Positions 41,086 to 51,339 of a DNA stretch of 64,000 nucleotides are shown in pieces (within the stretch, counting starts at the first letter, position 1; each line of letters begins with the position of its first letter). The notes beneath the pieces were generated by a model that saw only the letters and a program-made list of their open reading frames with translations, searched no databases and was not told the origin of the DNA. Both the position numbers and the translations under genes were made by a program. This stretch comes from Perkinsus chesapeaki ATCC PRA-425 (Eukaryota; Protista; Perkinsozoa). The stretch is taken from the NCBI GenBank assembly GCA_013115145.1, contig JAAPAO010000001.1:1-64000 (forward strand), read 5' to 3'.

Positions 41086-41430
41086 TCTATTAATAATGGT
41101 AAGTTATTTAACTTCGCCGTCTCGTCAACAGAAATAGGGGACGAGACGGGATAAACTTGAGAATCGCAAGAAATGACAAGATCGTCAAGAATTCCTGATC
41201 GCGTGGTGTTGTTAACGACTGATAGGTGTGTGTAGATCTTTGAATAGGGTCATTTCCTTCCATTCGTAATTGACATTATTATTATACCAACTGATATTTG
41301 ATAGTAAAGTTGCACCACTATATTCTCCACCTCTGCCCTCTTAGATGATAATCAAGCTCACCTTCACATTGTTGTCTTGTCAGCGTTGGACTTTCCGTGG
41401 TTATTCACTTACCACCGCCGCCTTCCTGCC

Positions 41431-41946
41431 ATGAGTAGCCTCCTTGTCGTCCCGTCGGATATCACTATTATAGAGGAGAAGAACAAGATCGCTAAGAGGC
41501 GTATTCGTACTCTAGAGAAGACCGGCCTGGCCATGATGCTACCCGTGTTCCACTGGCGCTACTCTAAGCTTGACAAGCATGATATGTACAACATCCTCAG
41601 ACGCAAGTTCGATCCCTCCGCCAGTGATCCTGCCATTGATATATGCCGTAGAAGACAAGAGAGCGTTCGCCGCAGAGTTATTGCCCAAAACGGTCTTCTT
41701 CCCGGCCTGTTCTTGGGTTTCAGTCTCCCTTGGTGGAGTCTTAGAAAGTACAACTACCAGAGCAAGCTCATTGCTTTGCCTTTTTGTGCCTATCTTGGTG
41801 CTATCTGTGGTCGTATAGCTGGTCATGGTCTGAGTTGGAGATGGGTTGAGACTGATCGTCAGAGGATGCTTGGTAGTCTACCCGCGAAAGTCTACTATAG
41901 GCCAAAGTCAACGACGTCCAGTCAGGAAGCCGAAGCCGAGGAGTAG
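41431..41946 (+). CDS. Small hypothetical two-TM protein
   Basis: Clean single ORF with two hydrophobic segments (GLLPGLFLGFSLPWW; LIALPFCAYLGAICGRIAG). ATG at 41431 preferred to the TTG start in the track. Family not recognised. Confidence 0.75.
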   Translation: MSSLLVVPSDITIIEEKNKIAKRRIRTLEKTGLAMMLPVFHWRYSKLDKHDMYNILRRKFDPSASDPAIDICRRRQESVRRRVIAQNGLLPGLFLGFSLPWWSLRKYNYQSKLIALPFCAYLGAICGRIAGHGLSWRWVETDRQRMLGSLPAKVYYRPKSTTSSQEAEAEE

Positions 41947-42536
41947 ACGAGCAATGACGATCAGTTTTCTCAGTGTTAGTGGGTCATGTTAGTATTATTA
42001 TCGTAGAGCAAATAGTCCAGTTCTTCCTCGACAATGTTGATGCCCGTCAAACACTGACAAGCGCCGGTATCTGACACCTCTAGCTGTCATTTCATGGTGC
42101 ATTCTGTCAGTAGTGGTGATCGTTGTTGGTTTGGACTGGGCTTCATGGTATTATCGTTTTCGTTTGTTACCGTAGCGTTGCGTTCCATATGTATGTGGTG
42201 ATGCCCTTGACCATGAGACATCAATCGTAAGTTCGTTTTAACTGAGCAATGGGTGTATCTCGGTGCCGCGCTGTTGCTGTGGTTACTCGAGCTCGCACCA
42301 AGATCAGTAGGGTAGTCGGGGGTGCTCATGGGGCTCGGATATGCGCGTCGACTGCGAGGAAAAATCAGGTAGCTTGATGTTGGCATTCTACTGGTGAGAA
42401 CTGCTATCAGGATTTGGTCTCAGCCTTCCGACATGCATCCTTGGTTATACCTCCTAGAGATACCCTTACCCTCCATAAGGCCCCACCCCACGCAATACAC
42501 CGATTTGCCCTTTGGCCGGCACTGGTAAATAAAGCT

Positions 42537-44944
42537 ATGAGAAGGCTTAGACGGCTGCCTGCCAGTGGAGCGCATAATATCCTTCTTCATATAGCAAGAT
42601 CTAAAGGCCCCCGAGGGCCAAATCCAGTAACAGTAGCGCCTTTATGTCGGGCAGTACTAATGAAAGTGGTATGGCACGAGCGTGATGACCCTCAATGGAT
42701 GAGGACAGCAGCGGGTGTGTGTGGTTTGGCAGTCAGCCGTGTTGGTGTGGATTGGAAAGCTCATATACCTGTGCGGTACCGGGCGGCTGTCTTGAGGGAC
42801 ATTTCGAGAGCCGTGGAAAGTGTCGCTGAAGCCATTGATGCCAGCACTGATGGATCGAGCATTGGCTACGTATGCGAGGCCGTTAGAACTCTAGGTCTGG
42901 AGTCGAAGCAGTTTACTAATACTGTTATGGATGCCATTGCCAATACAGCCGACGAAGGCCGCAAGTTCGGTCCACTATCACTGGTCCAAGTGGTGTCCTT
43001 TTTGGCGGACTACGCTGTCAGCGATTCATCCAGGACGCTACCAGATGGTCTGGGTAAGATCGTCGAGTGGAGAGTGTCATGTCATTGGCCGGAGATCTCT
43101 GGCCAGAATCTTGCCGATCTTTTGGTCGGTATGGAGTCCCTCGGATGGCTGAGCGATGAGCTTATCGTTAATTCAGCCAGAAGGGTCGCCTTCACCTTAC
43201 ATGCGAGCCTGCGACCTCAAGATATTCTGAAGATACTTCCGATCATTGTTCGATCCTCGGCCGACCTTGAGGACTCTACCATAATTGATGCCAGCCGAGC
43301 GTTGGTGGGACGAATGATTCTATTTTCGAAGCTTGATATTATTCTTGCCGATGTCACGGCACTACTAATGCTTTGGAGGGAAGCTGTCCGCAGCGGCCAT
43401 GGGGAGCTGTTCCCAAGCGGGTTCAAACCCTGGTTGCGGAATCAGTTGGCAATCAGAGGAGACGACACGGTGAACAGCAGCACTGTTATGGATATTCTTG
43501 AGGCGATGCACACTGGTAAAACGGGTTGGGTCAGGGGGGAGGCTTCAGCGCCATGTTGTCTCGGTCAGGTCAGCCACAAACTCGCGATGCCCTCAGCTTG
43601 GGGCTATCTGGAGTTCTGCCCTCCTGCACTGGCCATACTTTACTGAGATACCTACACTATCTATCCTTTTACTTCACGCCATCGGGGGCAGCCTCAGCGC
43701 CGGAAGATCTATTCGATTGGACAGAATCGTTGTTGAAGGCAGTGAGATCAAATACCGATTTTGCGTCCCTGGCTTTGGGCCTTGGGGTCTGTGCTAGGGT
43801 TGACCGTGTCGACTCGGCAACGGCTTTGCTCACACGCTTCACACAGGAGACCGAAATGATGATTTTGTCTCCCAGTGGCAGCCCTAGAGACTGGGCATTG
43901 TGGGCCGGGATATACGACTCTATGGCCCGGCTACGGCTGAGAGACTTCTGCTCGGACCAAGAGCCCGTCGTCCTGCCTGTCGGATTGTCCTCCGCAACCA
44001 TGGCCTTGCTCGTTCATGCGTGCTATGTCCTAGATATTAAAGTAGATCTAGACAGTGTGTTAGCCTCAGCTACAAGTGGGTTTGGTTGGAGCTCCCTTTC
44101 AGCTGAGGGAATGTCTCAGCTCTTGGTCGCCCTATGGGCACAGCTCGACCTAGGCTTTAGTGGTGGCACCGTCTCAGAGGCAGGCAACTCCTGCAGACAG
44201 TTAAAGCTTTATGCGTTTATAGAGGAAGGCCTTCAGACATTATCGTCAAGACTGGACGCATTGCCTATGGGAACGGACCTTCCACGCTCCTTACCTTTGT
44301 TGGCTGCTATGGTCGGCGGCACGGCTCGACGGAGCGGTGTGTGTGTTCCACTGAGGTGCATGGAGGTGTTCGCCAACATATCAGAGTTCCTGACCGACAG
44401 CGAATCATCCTCCCTACGATCGTCGAGTAGTTCCTACCGGACCGAGGTGTATTCAACACTGAAAAGGCTGGTGCAGGTTGACAATTGTCTACCCTTCAAG
44501 GAGGCACTCGTAAAGGCTCAAGCGAACCCTCATAGACTCCGTACTGGAGGCATGTCTCAAACAGTGCTACACAGACGCCTTGGTCAGGAGGCAGACGTCG
44601 AGGCAGGCCCTACCACCGAGGATCCGGAGGACAGGGAGCTCTATGGAGAAGATTCCGTGACCATCTCAAGACGAGTTAGCTCGGGCGTTTGCGGCATCCC
44701 GATCGATCTGCTGTTTTATAAAGAATCGGTACTAAGGGGTGTGGGGTTTGCACCGACCTTCGTGGGCGGAGGAGTTCGCTTCACACGCGAGAGGCCGGAG
44801 TCTCGGATGGTGCCGGAGGAGGGGGATGCGACGGAGAAGTCTCGGGAAAAATTTCGAGAAGCCGCCGTTCACGTTAAAATGCGTCATGTTGACAACGAAC
44901 CATGCAGGGGAGCCGAGAAGCTCGAAATTATGTTTGTGAAATAA
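42537..44944 (+). CDS. Large helical-repeat protein, possibly organellar RNA-binding (RAP/FASTK-like)
   Basis: Two long ORFs joined in phase by intron 43516-43568; Leu/Ala-rich amphipathic repeats; near the C-terminus SYRTEVYSTLKRL..GIPIDLLF. Confidence 0.6.
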
Positions 44945-44947
44945 CGA

Positions 44948-44994
44948 TGTTTCTGAAGGCCAAATGGTCCCGAGTTCAATCCCGGCACCTGTCA
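44948..44994 (+). pseudogene. Degenerate tRNA-Phe-like 3' half
   Basis: TGTTT-CTGAAGG-CCAAA-TGGTC-CCGAG-TTCAAT-CCCGG-CACCTGTCA keeps tRNA spacing from a CT-GAA anticodon loop through the T-loop; no 5' half; T6 run at 45009-45014. Confidence 0.45.
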
Positions 44995-45078
44995 TTTAGA
45001 TTCTTCAGTTTTTTATACTTGTACCATCTTTGCTACCCCTGAAAGACTTTTCCAGGTTAAAGGGCTTTCGCAACTGTT

Positions 45079-46404
45079 ATGTCTCATTCTTATAACACAA
45101 ATGGGGACAGCACCGGCACAGGAGACTCCTCTCCGTCTAGTCTTCTGCAAAACACAGATCTCTACGACCTTCTACATGTAGCTCGAGACAGTGATGCTGA
45201 TGGGATCCGTCAAGGTTACTTGGAGCAGAGCAAGCTGCATCATCCGGACAAGCGGGCGTCTCAGGGAGGAGACCCGGAAGCATTTCGTCAGATCAATTAC
45301 GCCTACAGGGTACTGTCCAACCCCACTATGAGGGCTTTTTACGACAAGTACGGCCCAGAGGGTATTAGCCTCGCCGATGGTATAGTTGTAAAGCAGGATG
45401 AAACTCTTGCCAATCTGGAGCGTCGAGTTAGAGCTATGGTACGCAGCAATGAGGAGATGAAGGTGCAGAGGATGTTCCAACTGCAAGGGGAGATGACGAC
45501 CGGGCTCAAATTCCGTGACTTACACTCTGCCCCTCGATGGGCATACACGAGCTTTACCCATGGTATGGGCATCACTGCAGGGAGGCACAACTTCACCGTT
45601 GTCACCGCCAGCCATGTCCAAGCCAATGGCGGTGGTGTTGGGAAGATGACCTTCTTTTGGCAGACTGGTTGGAGCCCCTATATGCAGAGCCGAGTTATGG
45701 TGGATACAGTAGCGGGCCAGTGGTGGCCACCGGCTATCGAGGGGGTAGTTACACGTCAAGTGGGGCAGCATTCGACCCTGAGACAGACGGTTTCATGGAC
45801 CCAAGCTGGAGGGGTGGGAGCTGCTATGACTTGGGGACTTCAGCTCTTCAAGGATTGGTCTGGCAGCGTTACATTGGCCGTGGGACACGGTAATCATGCG
45901 GCATTCGAGATCGAGAAGACAAATCCCGAAATTGGCGGGGATGATGATCTGGCCAGGATGAAGGCGTGGGACAGATGCACTATGAAATACAATTTCTCAA
46001 TAGAGGGGGAGGGCAACGTTGCCTTTGAAGCGAAGGCCGTGTTGCCGTTCAGTGGCGGCTTCGAGATCTCCTGTGGCCCCACAATGTCTTTGGCCACGGG
46101 TGCCGGTATCGAGTTGAAATGTTCACAGCAGCTGAATGGCGCTGAGAGCTTGAGTGACTGGGAGGAGCTTGATGGTGCCTTCCCGACTCTAGTGCAGTGG
46201 TCACTTATGCTTCGATGGCCCAACTTCGATTCGGCTATCCTAAAGTTCCGCTTCACCCGGGGAGGAGCCGCCTTTACCCTACCGTTGGAGTTCTCTGTGC
46301 CTGGTGATAACACTGGTGTGGCCATGGCAACCAGTATCTTTTTGGCTGCCCCATTAGCAGTAAAGGTGGTGAGAGAGACAGTCCGAAGGCTCAAGAAAGA
46401 CTAG
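45079..46404 (+). CDS. DNAJC11: DNAJC11-like J-domain protein, intronless
   Basis: J domain with HPD (LHHPDK..AYRVLSNP..RAFYDKYG), a long beta-strand-rich region, then LKFRFTRGGAAFTLPLEF plus a TM helix, as in DNAJC11. Confidence 0.75.
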   Translation: MSHSYNTNGDSTGTGDSSPSSLLQNTDLYDLLHVARDSDADGIRQGYLEQSKLHHPDKRASQGGDPEAFRQINYAYRVLSNPTMRAFYDKYGPEGISLADGIVVKQDETLANLERRVRAMVRSNEEMKVQRMFQLQGEMTTGLKFRDLHSAPRWAYTSFTHGMGITAGRHNFTVVTASHVQANGGGVGKMTFFWQTGWSPYMQSRVMVDTVAGQWWPPAIEGVVTRQVGQHSTLRQTVSWTQAGGVGAAMTWGLQLFKDWSGSVTLAVGHGNHAAFEIEKTNPEIGGDDDLARMKAWDRCTMKYNFSIEGEGNVAFEAKAVLPFSGGFEISCGPTMSLATGAGIELKCSQQLNGAESLSDWEELDGAFPTLVQWSLMLRWPNFDSAILKFRFTRGGAAFTLPLEFSVPGDNTGVAMATSIFLAAPLAVKVVRETVRRLKKD

Positions 46405-46621
46405 CATTATATACCAATCAGCAGCAGTGAGACCGTCAGTAGCTGTAGTATCAATCGTTTCGTGGTAGTCATTTAAGTTGCGTTGCGAAGTCCTAGGGGA
46501 TCGCCATTCTCCTTGAGCTTTATCACACAATCGGCTGTCCCCTATGTACGAATGGGTCGGGCATACTACCTTGCCACTCGACAGTCCGCTGTTCTCAGTG
46601 GCATTTAATTGTCTATTCAAT

Positions 46622-49600
46622 ATGGAATCGACGCGCGGTGCTGGATGCATATCCTTGGCCGTGCGAACCGTGCTAGCATTGATGGTGATGCTCCTCATAG
46701 GAGTTGCTTTTGGTGAAGAAGTCTTAGACACACCCTCTGGTCGACCGATCTCTCTGGTGAAGGGTCCAGTCGACGGAACAAAATGTGAAGTTGAGGCGGT
46801 CCAGAGGGCGAACTCGGCACAGCTGCATTCGATTCTGGAGGAGCTGGCCAACACAACATACTTCCGCTTGGTGCGGGTGGCCATGGACGATGACTGTCCC
46901 TTTACGTGGGGCGACAAAAACAAGGATGAAGTCACGTGCGGATCTACTCCACCCGGAGGACCAGCTGCCGCATTTGGTTTTGGCAGCTCCCTGAGTTCGC
47001 CTGGTGGCGGCGCTTCTCTATGCAGTATCGAGCCCACTGGTAACGAGGTTAATCCTTTTATCTCTGATACAGAGTCCAGTGTGATCGAGGATGAGTTTGA
47101 TGATGATATGGATAGCGATGACGACGACGTGAGCTTGAGGCCGGATTTCTGGTTTGATATCTGCCGCCCGCCACGAGCCGGCAGCCAACTTGACTATGTG
47201 AATCTGGTCTTGAACCCCGAGCAAAACACAGGGTACAATGGCTCTCATATATGGGAGGCCATCGATGCCGAGAACTGTGTTAGCATTGGCCGGGGCCTTG
47301 GCGGTGGTTCTGGTGGGTATTGTTATGAGGAGCGGGTGCTCCAGAGACTTCTCTCTGGGATGCATGAGTCTGTCACTATACAGGTGCTGGCCAACTACTA
47401 TCCTCCCAAGAAGGGTGAAGTTGCTTGGAGACCCAACACTGATAAGTTCATGGCCACCGTCGGCAAACATCCTGAGTGGTTGAAGAATCTCAACTTTGCC
47501 TATTTGGTGATGCTCAGAGCCCTTCACAAGGCCAAACCAGTTCTCTACAACTGGGAGTACACTACAGGAGAGCCAACAGAGGACGAGAACACTTCAAAGC
47601 TGATGAAACACTTACTGGATGCTTCTGAGATGAAACTCTGTACTCCTGTTTTCGAAGGTTTTGACGAGGACAGCCTCTTTCCAGTTGACCGATCAGATAG
47701 GCGACAGTTGGCAGAGCAGTTCAAGTCTGTCTTCCAGAACGTCACCACCCTTACCAACTGTGTTCGGTGTCGTCGTTGCCGTCTCCATTCCAAGGTGACC
47801 CTGCTTGGCCTTGGTACTGGTTTGAAGATCCTGCTCACTCCGGATGTATCTCTCCTGCCATCAGCCCTCTCTCGAGATGAGATAGTTGCTTTGGTTAACA
47901 CCGTACATACTTTCTCACACAGCCTCATGGAGGTAGGGCGTCTCACTAACCTCTACCTCGAAGACCAGCGGAAACTTGTGGCCCAAGTGTCCCGTCCAGC
48001 TGCAGCCTTCAGCAACTCGGGGGCTTCGGCAATGGAACTCGCTCTATCCTACGTCGCAGAGCTCCATCTTGACCAAGCCAATGAAGATCTTCTGGTGGAC
48101 GCTATTGTGGATCGAGATGAAGCTGTTTTGTCCCTTGCTGCCAGCTTCCCGCCAGAGGCCTTCGGCCGCCATGCTCTGAGGTATCTCAAGTCCAGGCAGC
48201 GCACTGTGAAAGATACCCGCCCCCGGTACGATGCAGTTGTCGTTGGTGGTGGTCTTGCTGGCATGAGTGCGGCCATCGCCTCTGCAGATCGAGGTGCTCG
48301 GGTGCTCCTTCTGGACAAGTCGAAGCATCTTGGTGGTAACAGTGCGAAGGCGTCGAGTGGCATCAATATGAGGATGGACCAGAGCGGCGAATGCTATGAT
48401 TCCTTCCTCAGTGACACTATACGGAGCTGCGAGAGCGGCCTGGGCCCCTGCGGTCATCCAGAGCTCGCCAACGTCCTTGTGAATGACTCCTATGACGCCG
48501 TACACTGGATAGAGGACCGCTTTGGTGTACCTCTGTCAGCCCCGGTGAAGCTTGGCGGTCATTCTAGGCCGAGAACTGTGAGGCCGCCCGGGGGTCTTGT
48601 GGGAGCAGAACTCACAGCAGCTGGATCGAAGGTCATCCACAAAATGTCTAATATTGTTGTGGTCAACAACGCTAAGTTGGTCGGTTTGATAGCCGACCAC
48701 TCTGGCACTCACGAGGCCGTTCGAGGAGTTAGGTACACTGTTGGATCTGATGAGACCACTGTAGAAGTTCTCAGTGACTCGGTTGTTTTGGCTACTGGTG
48801 GGTTCGGTTATGACGTCTCGAGTGGCTCTCTGATGGCTAAGTACCGGCCCGACCTTCTGACGTTCCCTACAACTCTTGGATCTCAGACCACTGGTGACGG
48901 CATAAAGATAGCTGTGAGGGATGCCGATGCAGGCCTAAGAGACATGGACCAAGTCCAGCTCCACCCCACTGGCTTCATTGACCCCAAGGATCCAGACTCT
49001 CGGACCAAAGTCCTTGCTGCCGAGATTCTCCGAGGTGTCGGCGGCGTTATTATTGATAAGAACGGCCACCGATTCTGTGACGAGCTGGGCACGCGTAAAT
49101 ACGTGACCTCTAAGATGCTCGAAAGAGCTAATGAGACTGGCGATACCTCGAGGACCTTCAGCATCCTTATACCATATGATGCTATCAATGGTCCCGCTAA
49201 GAGGCACATTAACATGTACAAGTCCCGAGGCCTTCTACAAGAGGTGGATTACAATACCGCAGTTGAAATGGTTGGTGGTGACAGCTGGAAGGATTCAGTC
49301 GACAAATCCTCTAATGGGCGCTATTTTGTTGGTGAGGTTACCCCGGTTATCCACTACACCATGGGCGGCATCAGCATCGATACCGACGGTCATGTCCTCG
49401 ACACTCATGGAGATCTCATCGACGGCCTTTGGGCAGCTGGCGAAGTCGCTGGTGGTGTTCATGGACGTAACCGTCTGGGGGGTAATTCCCTCCTCGAGTG
49501 TGCGGTCTTCGGCAAGCGGATCGGTGACCGATTACCGGTGGAGAAGTACCATCAACCAGACGAACCTGTGGAGTCCGATCACCCGAAGCGCTCTAAGCCT

Positions 49601-49873
49601 ACTATCGACATCGCCGAGCTGGCTAAGCACGGTACGCCAAATGATTGCTGGATCGCATTGTATGGATCGGTCTACGACTTCAGCGGATACTCCACTGAGC
49701 ATCCCGGAGGATCGTCTGCTATAGAAGGCGGATGCGGCAGAGATGCGACTGAGACGTTTGAGCAGGTGCATACTGCTAACTTGGTTGAGGACATGGGCTT
49801 CGAGCCTATAGGCAACTTCTTCGCTGAAGGCAAAGTTGGCGCTGGGAACCGACACGCGGCTGATGAGTTGTGA
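46622..49873 (+). CDS. ER-resident fusion: ERO1 + soluble fumarate reductase (Osm1/Frd1/fcc3-type) + cytochrome b5; intronless
   Basis: Signal peptide; ERO1 motifs CPFTW, YVNLVLNPEQNTGY, LSGMHESV, CVRCRRCRL, LSRDEIVALVN; FRD motifs GGGLAG, GGNSAKASSGIN, LGGHSRPRT, QLHPTG, EILRGVGG, HYTMGG, NRLGGNSLLEC; b5 motifs CWIALYGSVYDF..HPGG..GRDATETFEQVH; terminal ADEL. ATG 46622 preferred to 46544. Confidence 0.93.
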   Translation: MESTRGAGCISLAVRTVLALMVMLLIGVAFGEEVLDTPSGRPISLVKGPVDGTKCEVEAVQRANSAQLHSILEELANTTYFRLVRVAMDDDCPFTWGDKNKDEVTCGSTPPGGPAAAFGFGSSLSSPGGGASLCSIEPTGNEVNPFISDTESSVIEDEFDDDMDSDDDDVSLRPDFWFDICRPPRAGSQLDYVNLVLNPEQNTGYNGSHIWEAIDAENCVSIGRGLGGGSGGYCYEERVLQRLLSGMHESVTIQVLANYYPPKKGEVAWRPNTDKFMATVGKHPEWLKNLNFAYLVMLRALHKAKPVLYNWEYTTGEPTEDENTSKLMKHLLDASEMKLCTPVFEGFDEDSLFPVDRSDRRQLAEQFKSVFQNVTTLTNCVRCRRCRLHSKVTLLGLGTGLKILLTPDVSLLPSALSRDEIVALVNTVHTFSHSLMEVGRLTNLYLEDQRKLVAQVSRPAAAFSNSGASAMELALSYVAELHLDQANEDLLVDAIVDRDEAVLSLAASFPPEAFGRHALRYLKSRQRTVKDTRPRYDAVVVGGGLAGMSAAIASADRGARVLLLDKSKHLGGNSAKASSGINMRMDQSGECYDSFLSDTIRSCESGLGPCGHPELANVLVNDSYDAVHWIEDRFGVPLSAPVKLGGHSRPRTVRPPGGLVGAELTAAGSKVIHKMSNIVVVNNAKLVGLIADHSGTHEAVRGVRYTVGSDETTVEVLSDSVVLATGGFGYDVSSGSLMAKYRPDLLTFPTTLGSQTTGDGIKIAVRDADAGLRDMDQVQLHPTGFIDPKDPDSRTKVLAAEILRGVGGVIIDKNGHRFCDELGTRKYVTSKMLERANETGDTSRTFSILIPYDAINGPAKRHINMYKSRGLLQEVDYNTAVEMVGGDSWKDSVDKSSNGRYFVGEVTPVIHYTMGGISIDTDGHVLDTHGDLIDGLWAAGEVAGGVHGRNRLGGNSLLECAVFGKRIGDRLPVEKYHQPDEPVESDHPKRSKPTIDIAELAKHGTPNDCWIALYGSVYDFSGYSTEHPGGSSAIEGGCGRDATETFEQVHTANLVEDMGFEPIGNFFAEGKVGAGNRHAADEL

Positions 49874-50107
49874 TGAGCTGAAAACACAAAACACCTAAAC
49901 AGTAAAACAGATATACTTTTTCATATGACCATTCATTTGCTACTACCTTGCCTACTGCTATTCACCTTCTTCGATCGTGCCACAGTGATACTTGTTATTT
50001 TCCCTTACACGAACGAGAGACTTGCCTTATACCACGGCTTTGGGGAGGAGAGTCACGAGCGTCTGTCGAGCAGTTGACTTGTATTAATATATAGATCTCA
50101 TAAGAAA

Positions 50108-51137
50108 ATGCCCAGCCACGAATCTTCTAGAAACGGCGGGCCTATGGAGAAGCTGAGTCTGACCTCCCGCGTTCTCGCCATTGTATTCTGGATAGGCGTC
50201 ACCGTCTTGGGTGTCTATCTGGTGTATCCAAAGACGGGGAAATCGACGACCCCGAGAGATGCCGATATACTGGTTAAAATACACAACATTTGCGAAGGGA
50301 TATTATTAGTTGCATTGGGGGCCTACAGCACCTTCGAGTAGGTCAGTGTGAGAGTAGCTGTGAGCTTACTGTGGGATCGATCAGGACCCTCCGGACTTTC
50401 AAAGCTCGTGAAGGGCTTACAGCATGGCAGCAGTTCAAACACGACAGCCTCAGACTGTTCCTGTGAGTGCACAAGATACTTAATAGCTCACATTGAAGCC
50501 CCTTACTAGATACGCCATAATCAGTGGTTACGTTATAGGTGGCCATCGATACTCAGAGACCTTCGAGTCAATAGCAATGTGGTTAGGAATAGTAAGAATG
50601 ATGAGCTTATGAATCCACCCACCAGCGCTGCCCTTTCAGCTCGGCTTCGTCATCGCCCTGCTGTACTTGGTTCAAACACTTGCCTTCTTCACCGGCCAAA
50701 ACCTGCATCACTTACGCAATTCCCACAACACCAACGGGCGTCATCACTCCAACGAGGATGAGTACCATCAGGCGGGCCCTGCGTCGTCGTCTATGCAGAG
50801 GCCGCTTGTTAGTGATGAAGCAGCAGCGGCACTGGAGGATGGGTCAGCTCCTCGACAAGGCAACAATGCTATTCGTGGTAAGCATATATAGCGGGCTTGG
50901 AGTGACGAAGGAACTTTCACTGGTTTGGTATTACGGTGCTCTTGTTCAGCTGAGGATCCCTCCTACGCCGAGAGACGGTCGGGCAGTCCAGGTCTGAATG
51001 AACCAGCACCTTACACCCCTCCTCAGCCCAGGAAAGCTGACTCGCCAGTGTTCGGTTCTGGCAAGAAACAACCGTGGGAGCAAGGCGCCGCAGATGGACC
51101 GAAGGGTAACCCGTTCGCCGGCGGTGCATCTGAGTAG
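50108..51137 (+). CDS. Hypothetical multi-TM membrane protein with a disordered C-terminal tail
   Basis: Hydrophobic exons (VLAIVFWIGVTVLGVYLVY; ICEGILLVALGAY; LFL/YAIISGYVIG; QLGFVIALLYLVQTLAFF) linked by GT-AG introns. Confidence 0.55.
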
Positions 51138-51339
51138 ACCTGCGCAATATGAGTTTGAAAGTCTTCTCTGTTACATTTGCGTGAGTTCCAGATATCTGAA
51201 GATGTCTCCATCCTCGGCTGGGTGTACAAGAACACCGCCAGCTGATGATGGTGATGAGCTAATTTTGAATCGATTTCATTTTCTTTCGGCCTTGCGTTAT
51301 AATCCCTAGCCACGTCACTGTACAGCTTTTTACTCAAGC

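Noticed and set aside
46544-46621. Upstream ATG given by the ORF track for the ERO1 fusion
   Set aside because: The ATG at 46622 places a typical signal peptide at the N-terminus; the extra 26 codons look like UTR.
46354-47037. Long antisense ORFs over real genes (also 14611-15270, 19819-20337, 45894-46394, 55176-55670)
   Set aside because: Shadow ORFs of about 50% GC coding DNA with no recognisable motifs.
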